A DNA stretch of 64,000 nucleotides from Candidatus Eiseniibacteriota bacterium. GTDB lineage: Bacteria > Eisenbacteria > RBG-16-71-46. The stretch lies in the NCBI GenBank assembly GCA_031370785.1, contig JANMQY010000084.1, positions 310-64,309 on the forward strand, in the 5' to 3' direction. The first letter of the stretch is position 1. Each line of letters starts with the position of its first letter. Under the pieces are notes generated by a model. The model searched no databases and was not told the origin of the DNA. It saw only the letters and a program-made list of their open reading frames with translations. A program made the translations under genes and the position numbers. Below, piece by piece: positions 9,630-18,081 of the stretch.

Positions 9630-10972
9630 AGGTCGAGAACGTCGCACTCGAGAAGAAATACCACTCCGCCGTGGAGCACTGGCGCAGGCACAACTTCAAG
9701 GAATACGACCTGCTGATGGATCAGTGGGAGAAGTATTTCCCGAAGGACGAGCGTTTCTGCCTGTGCGCCAAGATGGAGCTGGGCATGCCCGACACGGTTC
9801 AGGTCGGCGACAATGCCGGCGAGAAGAAGCGGCTCGAGCCGAAGGAGCTGACCGAGGATCAGGCCAAGCATCTGCTCGCCATCATCCGTGCGCAGGCCTC
9901 GACCGAGTTCGGCTCGATCCAGCAGCACTCGGGCACGCTGATGCGCGCGCAGGAGGACGACGATCGCTTCTGGGTGATGCGCGTGATGGCCGAGGAGCTG
10001 CGCCATGGCTACCAGATGCTCCATCTGCTGCTCTCGAAGGACTGGAGCAAGGGGTCGGCCGGGGTCAAGGGCGAGGACATGGTCGAGGAGATCCTGTCCA
10101 TGCAGACCGGCGGACACGTGCTCGACGCGTTCAACCTCGAATACGATTCCTTCGTCGACAACGTATGCTTCGCGGCGTTCGTCGACCGCGTGGGCAAGTA
10201 CCAGCTCACCATGCAGAAGGTGTGCGCGTACAAGCCCATGGCCGACAGCATGCCGCAGATGTTGCGCGAGGAGGCCTTCCACCTCGCGACCGGCGTGATT
10301 CCGATGCGGCGCATGGCGCAGAAGGCCGCCAAGGGCGATCCGCTGGTCTCGATGACGCAGATGCAGCACGCGACCAACAAATGGTTCCCGCGAGCGCTCG
10401 AGATGTTCGGCGATGAGCGCGGCGGCGACACCAACGTGAAGTACGGGTTCAAGGACATGAAGAATCGCGAGGCGCAGGACCTGTACATCGAGGAAGTACG
10501 CAAGATGCTGCGCGACATCAACGCGCGCTTCCTGCGCGCGCGGTTCTCCGAGTACACGACCGAGAAGGTCGACGAGGTGCTGGACGAGATGGAGCGCAGC
10601 GGCGGCACGCATCGCGGGGTCAAGTACGAGGAGCTGCTGCGCCTGCCCGACCGCCGCTTCTTCCGCCGCAAGGGCGAGGCCGCGTTCGGCATGCTCGGCA
10701 TCGACGGCGAGACCTTCACCGACGCGGAAGCGTACCTGCGCTACCTGGCGTCGAATCTCAACGAGGGTTACGTCGCCAGCAAGGACATGCGCCAGTACGC
10801 GGACGTGCTGCGCAAGTTCGTGACCGGCGAGCTGACCCAGAAGGACGCGATCATGGCGATGCCGAAGCTCAAGCGAGTCGGCGGCAGTTGTCCATGCTCG
10901 AACTCGGTGCGCTGGGTTCTGGAGGACAGCGACGGGACGAAGACCACGCCGAGCCAGGTCATCAGCGGCTAG
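9626..10972 (+). CDS. BoxB/PaaA-like ferritin-fold diiron acyl-CoA epoxidase subunit (divergent)
   Basis: QASTE, EELRH, VDRVGKYQL, REEAFH (two ExxH motifs), NKWFPRALEMFG. Confidence 0.78.
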   Translation: MKVENVALEKKYHSAVEHWRRHNFKEYDLLMDQWEKYFPKDERFCLCAKMELGMPDTVQVGDNAGEKKRLEPKELTEDQAKHLLAIIRAQASTEFGSIQQHSGTLMRAQEDDDRFWVMRVMAEELRHGYQMLHLLLSKDWSKGSAGVKGEDMVEEILSMQTGGHVLDAFNLEYDSFVDNVCFAAFVDRVGKYQLTMQKVCAYKPMADSMPQMLREEAFHLATGVIPMRRMAQKAAKGDPLVSMTQMQHATNKWFPRALEMFGDERGGDTNVKYGFKDMKNREAQDLYIEEVRKMLRDINARFLRARFSEYTTEKVDEVLDEMERSGGTHRGVKYEELLRLPDRRFFRRKGEAAFGMLGIDGETFTDAEAYLRYLASNLNEGYVASKDMRQYADVLRKFVTGELTQKDAIMAMPKLKRVGGSCPCSNSVRWVLEDSDGTKTTPSQVISG

Positions 10973-10987
10973 CGCTTCGGCGCCGAT

Positions 10988-11704
10988 TCAATTCGTCAGC
11001 GCATACTCCAGGCTCGTCACGACGCGCAGACGCTTGTCGATCTGGCTGCTCTCTTCGATGCCCTGGGCCTGATCGCGCGGCAGGATCTCGAACACGCCCT
11101 GTGAGCCGCGGCGCAGCCCACCCACCTTGCTTTTCGACTGCTTCGCGAATTCCTCCGCGGCCTGCCGCGCGCTCGCGGTCGCCTCGGCTACCATCGCGGG
11201 CTTCAGGTCGTTGAGCTTCGTGAACGCGTAGCTCGGTCCCCCGTAGGGTCCGCTCTGGAGCACGACGCCCGCGTCGACGAGTTCGCTCATCGCCTGGCTC
11301 GCACGACGAATGCGATCGGGGTCGGTCGAGCGCGCGATCAGCGTGAGGTTGATCACGTAACGCGCGCGCGGCGTGCCACCGTAGGCGTTCGCCTGGTTGT
11401 CCTGCACCTCGAGGCCCTGGATCGTCACCATGCTCGAGTCGATGTCGTAGCGGCGGAGGAAGCGCAGCACGGTGCGGCGGTCGGTCTCGATCTTCTGCTG
11501 CGCGCGCGCAAGCAGGTCATCGCTGGCGACGAAGCGCAGCGGCCAGAATCCGATGTCGGCCTTCACGTCGCGTTCGGCGACGCCGCGCACGATCACGGCG
11601 CGATCCGCCGCGCGAAAACGCACGAGGCCGCCGCCGATCAGGGCGCCGGCGACGATGATCGCGACCGAGACGATGACGTTGCCGAGCGGATTGGACGCGT
11701 TCAT
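10988..11704 (-). CDS. SIMPL (DUF541) domain periplasmic protein
   Basis: N-terminal TM helix, VRGVAERDVKAD, FTKLNDLKPAM, QGVFEILPRD, KRLRVVTSLEY; GGAGGAG RBS. Confidence 0.88.
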   Translation of the reverse strand: MNASNPLGNVIVSVAIIVAGALIGGGLVRFRAADRAVIVRGVAERDVKADIGFWPLRFVASDDLLARAQQKIETDRRTVLRFLRRYDIDSSMVTIQGLEVQDNQANAYGGTPRARYVINLTLIARSTDPDRIRRASQAMSELVDAGVVLQSGPYGGPSYAFTKLNDLKPAMVAEATASARQAAEEFAKQSKSKVGGLRRGSQGVFEILPRDQAQGIEESSQIDKRLRVVTSLEYALTN

Positions 11705-11817
11705 GGACTCCTCCAGGATCGAGAATTCGCGCGGCCGGGCCCGCGTGACGTGACAGGCGATGCGCGTCACCGTATCATCCGCGGCCGTTCCGAATCGACC
11801 TCCGCCAATCGGGCCCA

Positions 11818-13422
11818 ATGCTCCAGACACCGCACGTCGCCTACTTCTGCATGGAATTTGGCCTGCACGAGTCCTTCCCGATCTACTCGGGCGGGCTCGG
11901 AGTGCTGGCGGGCGACTTCATCAAGTCGGCGCACGACCTGAAGCTTCCGGTGGTCGCGGTCGGACTGCGCTGGGAGCGCGGCTATTGCGTGCAGCGCATC
12001 GGCGCCGACGGCCGGCCGCATGACGAATTCCCCGAGTACGACCACGGCTTCCTCGAGGACACCGGAGTCCGAGTGCGGGTGCGCATCCGCGGCGTCGAGG
12101 TGCCGTGCGCGGTGCGCATGACGCAGCGCTTCGGTCACGTGCCGCTCTACCTGATCGATCCGATCCGCAGCGAGGATCGCTGGATCACGCACCGGCTGTA
12201 CGAGGCCGGCACCGATGTGCGCATCGCGCAGGAGATGCTGCTCGGGATCGGCGGCATCCGGGCGCTCAACTGGCTCGGGATTCCGATCGCGACCTGCCAC
12301 TTCAACGAGGGCCATGCGGTGTTCGCGGGGCTCGAGATGATCGCCGAGGCGATGGAGAGCAGCGTGCCCTTTCCCGATGCGTGGGAGGCGACCCGGCGGC
12401 GCATCGTGTTCACCACCCACACCCCGGTGCAGGCCGGCAACGAGCAGCATTCGATCAAGGACCTGCGGCGCATGGGCGCGTGCCTCGAGCTGTCCGGCGC
12501 CGAGATGCGCGCGATCGGCGACGATCCGTTCAACATGACCATCGCCGGCCTCAGGTTGGCACGCGCCGCCAATGCCGTGTCGCGCCTGCACGCCGAGACC
12601 TCACGCGCGATGTGGTCGCACGTGGACGATGCGGCGCCGATCTTCGCGATCACCAACGGCGTGCACGCGCCGACCTGGCAGGCCGAGTCGATCCGGAAGG
12701 CATCGCACGAACCCGCGCGCATCGGAGCCGCGCACGATGCGCTCAAGCGCGAGCTGCTCGACGAGATCGCGCGCCGCGGCGGGCCGCGTCTCGCACCCGG
12801 CACGCTGCTCATCGGATTCGCGCGCCGCGCGGCGAGTTACAAGCGCAGCGATCTGATCCTTCGCGACGAGGTGCGGCTGAGGCGCCTGATCGAGGGCGGG
12901 AAGGTCGCGCTCGTGTTCTCCGGCAAGGCGCACCCCGACGACGGCGCCGGCAAGGGGATCGTGGCCTCGATCGTGCGCTCGCAAAAGGCGCATCCGGGCG
13001 GCGTCGTGTTCCTCGAGAACTACGACATGGCGATCGGCCGACTGCTGACGCGGGGCTGCGACGTGTGGCTCAACAATCCGGTTCGACCGCTCGAGGCGAG
13101 CGGCACCTCGGGGATGAAGGCCGCCATGAACGGCACGCTCAACCTGAGCATTCTCGATGGATGGTGGCCGGAGGCCTGCGAGCATGGGGTCAACGGCTGG
13201 GCGATCGGAGACGACAAGCCGTCGAACGACGAGCGCGACTTCGAGGCGCTCTACGCCACGCTCGAGCGCGATGTCCTGCCAGCCTGGGGCGACCGTAAGC
13301 GCTGGACCAGGATGATGGCCGCCAGCGTGCGCACGGCGGAAACGGGCTTCTCGTCGGATCGCATGGTACGCGAGTACTTCGACCAGCTGTATCGGCTGCC
13401 GCAGCCGGTGGAGTCCCGGTGA
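11818..13422 (+). CDS. glgP: alpha-glucan phosphorylase (compact form)
   Basis: AYFCMEFG..YSGGLGVLAGD, HFNEGH, FTTHTP, GFARR, GKAHP, EASGTSGMK (PLP lysine). Confidence 0.92.
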   Translation: MLQTPHVAYFCMEFGLHESFPIYSGGLGVLAGDFIKSAHDLKLPVVAVGLRWERGYCVQRIGADGRPHDEFPEYDHGFLEDTGVRVRVRIRGVEVPCAVRMTQRFGHVPLYLIDPIRSEDRWITHRLYEAGTDVRIAQEMLLGIGGIRALNWLGIPIATCHFNEGHAVFAGLEMIAEAMESSVPFPDAWEATRRRIVFTTHTPVQAGNEQHSIKDLRRMGACLELSGAEMRAIGDDPFNMTIAGLRLARAANAVSRLHAETSRAMWSHVDDAAPIFAITNGVHAPTWQAESIRKASHEPARIGAAHDALKRELLDEIARRGGPRLAPGTLLIGFARRAASYKRSDLILRDEVRLRRLIEGGKVALVFSGKAHPDDGAGKGIVASIVRSQKAHPGGVVFLENYDMAIGRLLTRGCDVWLNNPVRPLEASGTSGMKAAMNGTLNLSILDGWWPEACEHGVNGWAIGDDKPSNDERDFEALYATLERDVLPAWGDRKRWTRMMAASVRTAETGFSSDRMVREYFDQLYRLPQPVESR

Positions 13423-14072
13423 ACGCGCTCGCGCTGATCGGGCTCGGACTCGTCCTCGGCATCCGTCACGCCACCGATCCCGATCACGTGGTCGCGGTGG
13501 CGGCGATGACCGCGCGCACCCGCCGGCTGCTCCCCGCGGCGTGGCTCGGCGTGGTGTGGGGACTCGGGCACACGCTCACGCTGTTCACGGTCGGAGCTGC
13601 GATCATCCTGCTCGATCTCACCATCCCTCCACGCGTCGGTCTCGCGCTCGAATTCCTGGTCGCGCTGGCGCTGGTCACCGTCGGCGCGCTCAATCTGAGG
13701 CGCGCGGTGCACGCCGCCCACGAGGAGCCGGCGTCGCGCATTCCCGCGTGGCGCGCGTTCGGCGTGGGACTGACGCACGGGCTGGCGGGCAGCGCGGCGG
13801 TCGCGCTGCTGGTGCTGGCCACGGTGCACGATCCGCGGCTTGCCTGCGCCTACCTGCTGGTATTCGGCGCCGGCACGCTGATCGGAATGGTGCTGATCAC
13901 GACCAGCTTCGCGGCCCCGCTTTCGCTCGCTGCCCGGCGCTGGCCGCGCTTCGGGACCGTGCTGCGCGTCGCGACCGGTGCGCTCTCGGTCGGCTTCGGG
14001 GCGTGGCTCATCGCCCAGATCGGGTTCGTCGACGGACTGTTTCTCGCGATCCCGCGATGGACCTCGCACTGA
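13419..14072 (+). CDS. NiCoT/HoxN-UreH-like nickel/cobalt transporter
   Basis: RHATDPDH, WGLGH, GLTHGLAGSA; several TM segments. Confidence 0.85.
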   Translation: MNALALIGLGLVLGIRHATDPDHVVAVAAMTARTRRLLPAAWLGVVWGLGHTLTLFTVGAAIILLDLTIPPRVGLALEFLVALALVTVGALNLRRAVHAAHEEPASRIPAWRAFGVGLTHGLAGSAAVALLVLATVHDPRLACAYLLVFGAGTLIGMVLITTSFAAPLSLAARRWPRFGTVLRVATGALSVGFGAWLIAQIGFVDGLFLAIPRWTSH

Positions 14073-14079
14073 GCGCGCA

Positions 14080-14109
14080 TTGACGATTCACTTTCCCCGG
14101 CCCTAGACT
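14080..14109 (+). promoter_or_regulatory. sigma70 promoter of tyr leader
   Basis: TTGACG-18nt-TAGACT. Confidence 0.6.
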
Positions 14110-14119
14110 CGTGCGCGTC

Positions 14120-14179
14120 ATGAACCGGTCGATCGACACCTGCGCCTATTACGGCCCTCCCGCTCGGGAGTGGGCCTAA
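14120..14179 (+). CDS. leader peptide MNRSIDTCAYYGPPAREWA
   Basis: 19-codon ORF with tandem Tyr codons (TAT TAC, 14147-14152) upstream of an attenuator hairpin and the tyrA fusion. Confidence 0.75.
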   Translation: MNRSIDTCAYYGPPAREWA

Positions 14180-14239
14180 GGCGTAGGCGCGACGACACTC
14201 GCACCTCACCCACTTCCACGAAGCGCGGAGGTGGTTTTT
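14142..14239 (+). promoter_or_regulatory. ribosome-mediated transcription attenuator
   Basis: Terminator CCACTTCC(14210-17)/GGAGGTGG(14227-34)+TTTTT; antiterminator GGGAGTGGG(14166-74)/CCCACTTCC(14209-17); protector GCGCCTA(14142-48)/TAGGCGC(14184-90). Confidence 0.75.
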
Positions 14240-14270
14240 CGTTTTCCGCCCGCGCTTCCCGGAGGCTAAA

Positions 14271-15443
14271 GTGATTTCCGAAGCGCACGGCATCGCCGCG
14301 GTGCGCGGCGCGGTTCCGGTCCGCGCCAATACCGCATCCGACATCGTCGACGCCACCGCACGCCTGTTGCGCGCCCTGCTCGAGATCAACCGGCTCGAGC
14401 CCTCGCGCATCGTGAGCGCGCTGTTCACCACCACCGAGGACCTCGACGCGGACTTTCCGGCGCACGCCGCAAGGCGCCTCGGCTGGAGCGAAGTGCCGAT
14501 GCTGCACGCGAGAGAGATCCCGGTTCCGGGCTCGATGCCGCGCGTGGTTCGCGTGATGCTGACGGTGTGGGGCGTTTCCCCGGGCGCGCGCCTGACGCCG
14601 GTCTATCTCGACCAAGCCGCGGCGCTGCGCCCGGACCTGGCCGTGAGCGGCGCGACCGAGCGCCCTGAGACCGGACCCGCGAAGCCGACGCGGCGCATCG
14701 CGCTGATCGGGCTCGGGCAGATCGGCGGCTCGATCGGGCTCTCGCTGCCGCCCGCGCGCTGGCACCGCGTCGGCTGGGACGTGGACGCATCGGCGCTCGC
14801 AGGTGCGCGTGCCGTGGGAGCGATCGACGTCGCCGCCGCCTCGCTGGCCGATGCGTGCGCCGGCGCCGACCTCGCGGTGATCGCGACGCCGGTCGATGCG
14901 CTGTCCAGCGCGATCGACGCCGCCGCAACCGCACTCCCGCCTGGCGCCGCACTGCTCGATACCGGCAGCGCGCGCACCACGATCACGCCCGCACTCGAAC
15001 GCGCCGCGGCACGCGGAATTCACGCGGTGGGAGGCCACCCGCTCGCCGGCAGTGAGGGCCGCGGCTTCCCAGCCGCGCGTGCTGGCGCCATGCGCGGCGC
15101 ACGCTTCGCGTTGCTACCGCTCTCTGATGGAGTGCCCCCGATCGTGCACGAGCTCCTCTCCGATCTCGGCGCGCAACCACTCACGATCGATCCGACGGCT
15201 CACGACCACGCCCTCGCGCGCACCAGCCACCTGCCCTACCTGCTGGCCTGCGCGCTACGCGAACTCGGAACGCCATTCGCCGAGCGAGGCCTGAGCGGCC
15301 CCGGTTTCGTCGACATGACCCGCCTGGCCGGCGGCGATCCCGGGATGGCCGGAGCCTTCTGCCGAGCGAACGCGCGCGAGGTCGCGCAAGCCTGGCGAGA
15401 ACTGGTGGCGCGAATGAATGAGCGGGTGACAGCGCTGGGTTGA
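14271..15443 (+). CDS. aroH-tyrA: AroH-type chorismate mutase / prephenate dehydrogenase fusion
   Basis: N-terminal AVRGA..FTTTEDLDADFPA..REIPVPGSMPRVVRVML (AroH); C-terminal GLGQIGGS, DTGS, GGHPLAGSE, HD..ARTSHLP (TyrA). Confidence 0.88.
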   Translation: MISEAHGIAAVRGAVPVRANTASDIVDATARLLRALLEINRLEPSRIVSALFTTTEDLDADFPAHAARRLGWSEVPMLHAREIPVPGSMPRVVRVMLTVWGVSPGARLTPVYLDQAAALRPDLAVSGATERPETGPAKPTRRIALIGLGQIGGSIGLSLPPARWHRVGWDVDASALAGARAVGAIDVAAASLADACAGADLAVIATPVDALSSAIDAAATALPPGAALLDTGSARTTITPALERAAARGIHAVGGHPLAGSEGRGFPAARAGAMRGARFALLPLSDGVPPIVHELLSDLGAQPLTIDPTAHDHALARTSHLPYLLACALRELGTPFAERGLSGPGFVDMTRLAGGDPGMAGAFCRANAREVAQAWRELVARMNERVTALG

Positions 15444-15551
15444 TCGACGCTCTTGTCCTCGCGTGCCTGTACGGCTATCATGAACGCGTCCTCGTTTCTA
15501 TACCGGCGCTTCCCACCTCTCTCCTCATAGAACCCCTTCAGGAGATGGTTC

Positions 15552-16280
15552 ATGGCCGTTGATCTGCTCGCGTTCGGGCCGCATCCGGATGATGCGGAGA
15601 TCGGTTGCGGCGCGATGCTATTGCGCATGAAGTCGCTCGGCCACACCACCGGCATCATCGACATGACCACCGGAGACATGGGCTGGGGCACACCCGAGAT
15701 CCGAAAAGGCGAGAGCGATGCCGCGGCGAAGATCCTGAAGATCGACGTGCGTGAGAATCTCGACATGGGGGACTGCCGCGTCGAGGACACGTTCGAGAAC
15801 CGCTGCGCGGTCGCGGGCATGATCCGCAAGCACCGGCCGAGCCTCCTGTTCGCCCCCTACTACAATCTGCCGATCGGGCGCGGGCTCGGGCACAACGACC
15901 ACTACAAGACCGGCCAGATCGTCGCGAACGCGTTCAACCTCGCGCATCTGCCCAAGGCGCCGGTGCCGGGCGAGCCGTGGCAGGCGCGTGCGATCTACTT
16001 CTATTTTTTGCCGCCGGGCACGACGCCCACGTTTATCGTGGACATCACCGATCAGTTCGAGCCCTGGATCCAGGCGCTCGACTGTCATCAGAGCCAGTTC
16101 CACCACCCGGATCGCCCACGCCCGGCGACACAGCCCACCGTGCGCGAACTGCTCGAGGCCTCGGCGCGGAACTGGGGATGGCAGATCGGCGTGCGCTACG
16201 GACAGGCCTATCTGTCGGTGAGTCCACTCAAGGTCAACAACCCGATGCAGCTGGTGAAGGACGTCGTGCCGCGGGCTTGA
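15552..16280 (+). CDS. PIG-L family deacetylase, BshB1-like
   Basis: GPHPDDAEIGCG, RKGES, HNDH, DCHQSQF. Confidence 0.85.
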   Translation: MAVDLLAFGPHPDDAEIGCGAMLLRMKSLGHTTGIIDMTTGDMGWGTPEIRKGESDAAAKILKIDVRENLDMGDCRVEDTFENRCAVAGMIRKHRPSLLFAPYYNLPIGRGLGHNDHYKTGQIVANAFNLAHLPKAPVPGEPWQARAIYFYFLPPGTTPTFIVDITDQFEPWIQALDCHQSQFHHPDRPRPATQPTVRELLEASARNWGWQIGVRYGQAYLSVSPLKVNNPMQLVKDVVPRA

Positions 16281-16340
16281 GCGTCTCGCCCGCGGATCGA
16301 CGCGATTCCTGCGCCCGAAGCGCAGGTTGAAGAGAGCCCG

Positions 16341-18080
16341 ATGCGCCCCTGCGTGACATTGCCACTGCTGTGCGTGCTGCTCCTTGCCGCGGCTCCGGAC
16401 GTACGTGCCGCCACCGCCGACAAGACGGTGGAAAAACTCGGCCGCGAGTACCTGGATCAGTGGCTGCGCCGCCGTCCGCCGCTCGCGACGCGGCTCGGCG
16501 TGCATACCTGGGATGACCTCCTGATCCCGATCACCCAGGCCACCGTGACCGACGATGCGGCCTGGCTGCGCGCGTTTCGCGAGCGCCTCCATGCGGTGCC
16601 TGCGCGCGAACTCGGATTCGACGCCCGGCTCGACCGTGCGTTGCTGGACGCGCGGATCGAGCGCGAGCTGCTCGAGCTGGAGGTCGTGCAGTCGTGGCGC
16701 ACCAATCCGAACACTTACGTGGACCTGATCTCCGGCCCGGTGCAGTCGCTGCTGCAGCGCAACTTCGCATCGCTCAGCACGCGCATGCGCGCGGCGGCGC
16801 GCCGGTTGCGCATGGTGCCGGAGGTGCTGCGCGCCGCCCGGATCAACCTCTCGCATCCCTCGCGGCTCGCGACCGAGGTGGCGATCGCACAGAGCGCGGG
16901 CGTGCTGCAGTTCTACCGCGGCACGGTGCCGGCCCTGACCGCGGCGAGCCGGGATCCGGAGGCGACGGCCGATCTCGCCGAGGCCGACACCGCGGCGGTG
17001 CGCGCGGTCGAGAGCTTCCAGACCTTCCTGCGCGAAGATCTCCTTCCCCACGCCGACGGGAGCTTCGCGCTCGGAGGCGACGTCTATCAGCGCAAGCTGC
17101 TCGCCGATGAAATGGAAGGCGCGCCGGTGGAATCGCTGCTGGCGCGAGGCGAGCGCTCGCTCGAGGAGACCCGGGCGCGCATGGGGACTCGCGCGGAGAT
17201 GATCACACCCGGCGCGGGCGTACGCGCCGTGCTCGACCAGATCGGCGCCGACCATCCGGACGCAGCGCACCTGGTGCCTTTCGTCGCCGGTCGACTCGAC
17301 TCGATCCGCGCCTTCGTCCGCACGCACGACCTGCTCACCGTCCCTGGGCGCGAGCATCTGATGGTGCGCGAGACCCCGCTCTACCGGCGCAGCCTGTCGT
17401 TCGCTTCGATGGATTCCCCGGGGGTGTGGGAGCGCAAGGCCACCGAGGCGTACTACAACGTCACCCCGCCGGATCCGAACGGCTCGGCGCGCGACATCGA
17501 CGATCATCTGGCGTTCTTCAACCGCGCGGCGACCGATATCGTCTCCATCCACGAAGCGCTTCCGGGGCACTACTACCAGTTCCTGGCGCTGCGACGCGTG
17601 CGCTCTCCACTGCGCCAGGCGCTGGCGTGCGGCTCGAACGTCGAAGGGTGGGCGCACTACTGCGAGCAGATGGCGATCGAGCAGGGCTTTGGCGGCGGCG
17701 ATCCGCGCTACGAGATTTCCCAGCTCCAGCTGGCCGCGCAGCGTCTCGGCCGTCTGATCGTCGGTATCTCGCTGCACACCCGCGGCATGAGCCTCGAGGA
17801 AGCGCGGCAGGTGTTCGAGGAGCGCTGCTACATGTCGCCGGTCAACGCGGCCCGGGACGCGCGACGCGGAGCGCTCGATCCCACCTACCTGGTGTACACG
17901 CTCGGCAAGTGGCGCATCCTCGAGCTGCGCGAGGAGGTGCGCGCTCGGCTCGGCGCGCGCTTCCGCCTGCGCGAGTTCGACGACGCGCTGCTGCGTGCCG
18001 GAGCGGTTCCGCTTCCGATCGCGCGTGCCATCGTGCTCAACGCCCTGACCGGATCCACCGAGGTTCCGGCGGAGCCGTGA
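16341..18080 (+). CDS. DUF885 family secreted protein
   Basis: signal peptide; HEALPGHYYQ, VEGWAHYCE, YTLGK, FRLREFDD. Confidence 0.88.
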   Translation: MRPCVTLPLLCVLLLAAAPDVRAATADKTVEKLGREYLDQWLRRRPPLATRLGVHTWDDLLIPITQATVTDDAAWLRAFRERLHAVPARELGFDARLDRALLDARIERELLELEVVQSWRTNPNTYVDLISGPVQSLLQRNFASLSTRMRAAARRLRMVPEVLRAARINLSHPSRLATEVAIAQSAGVLQFYRGTVPALTAASRDPEATADLAEADTAAVRAVESFQTFLREDLLPHADGSFALGGDVYQRKLLADEMEGAPVESLLARGERSLEETRARMGTRAEMITPGAGVRAVLDQIGADHPDAAHLVPFVAGRLDSIRAFVRTHDLLTVPGREHLMVRETPLYRRSLSFASMDSPGVWERKATEAYYNVTPPDPNGSARDIDDHLAFFNRAATDIVSIHEALPGHYYQFLALRRVRSPLRQALACGSNVEGWAHYCEQMAIEQGFGGGDPRYEISQLQLAAQRLGRLIVGISLHTRGMSLEEARQVFEERCYMSPVNAARDARRGALDPTYLVYTLGKWRILELREEVRARLGARFRLREFDDALLRAGAVPLPIARAIVLNALTGSTEVPAEP

Positions 18081-18081
18081 C

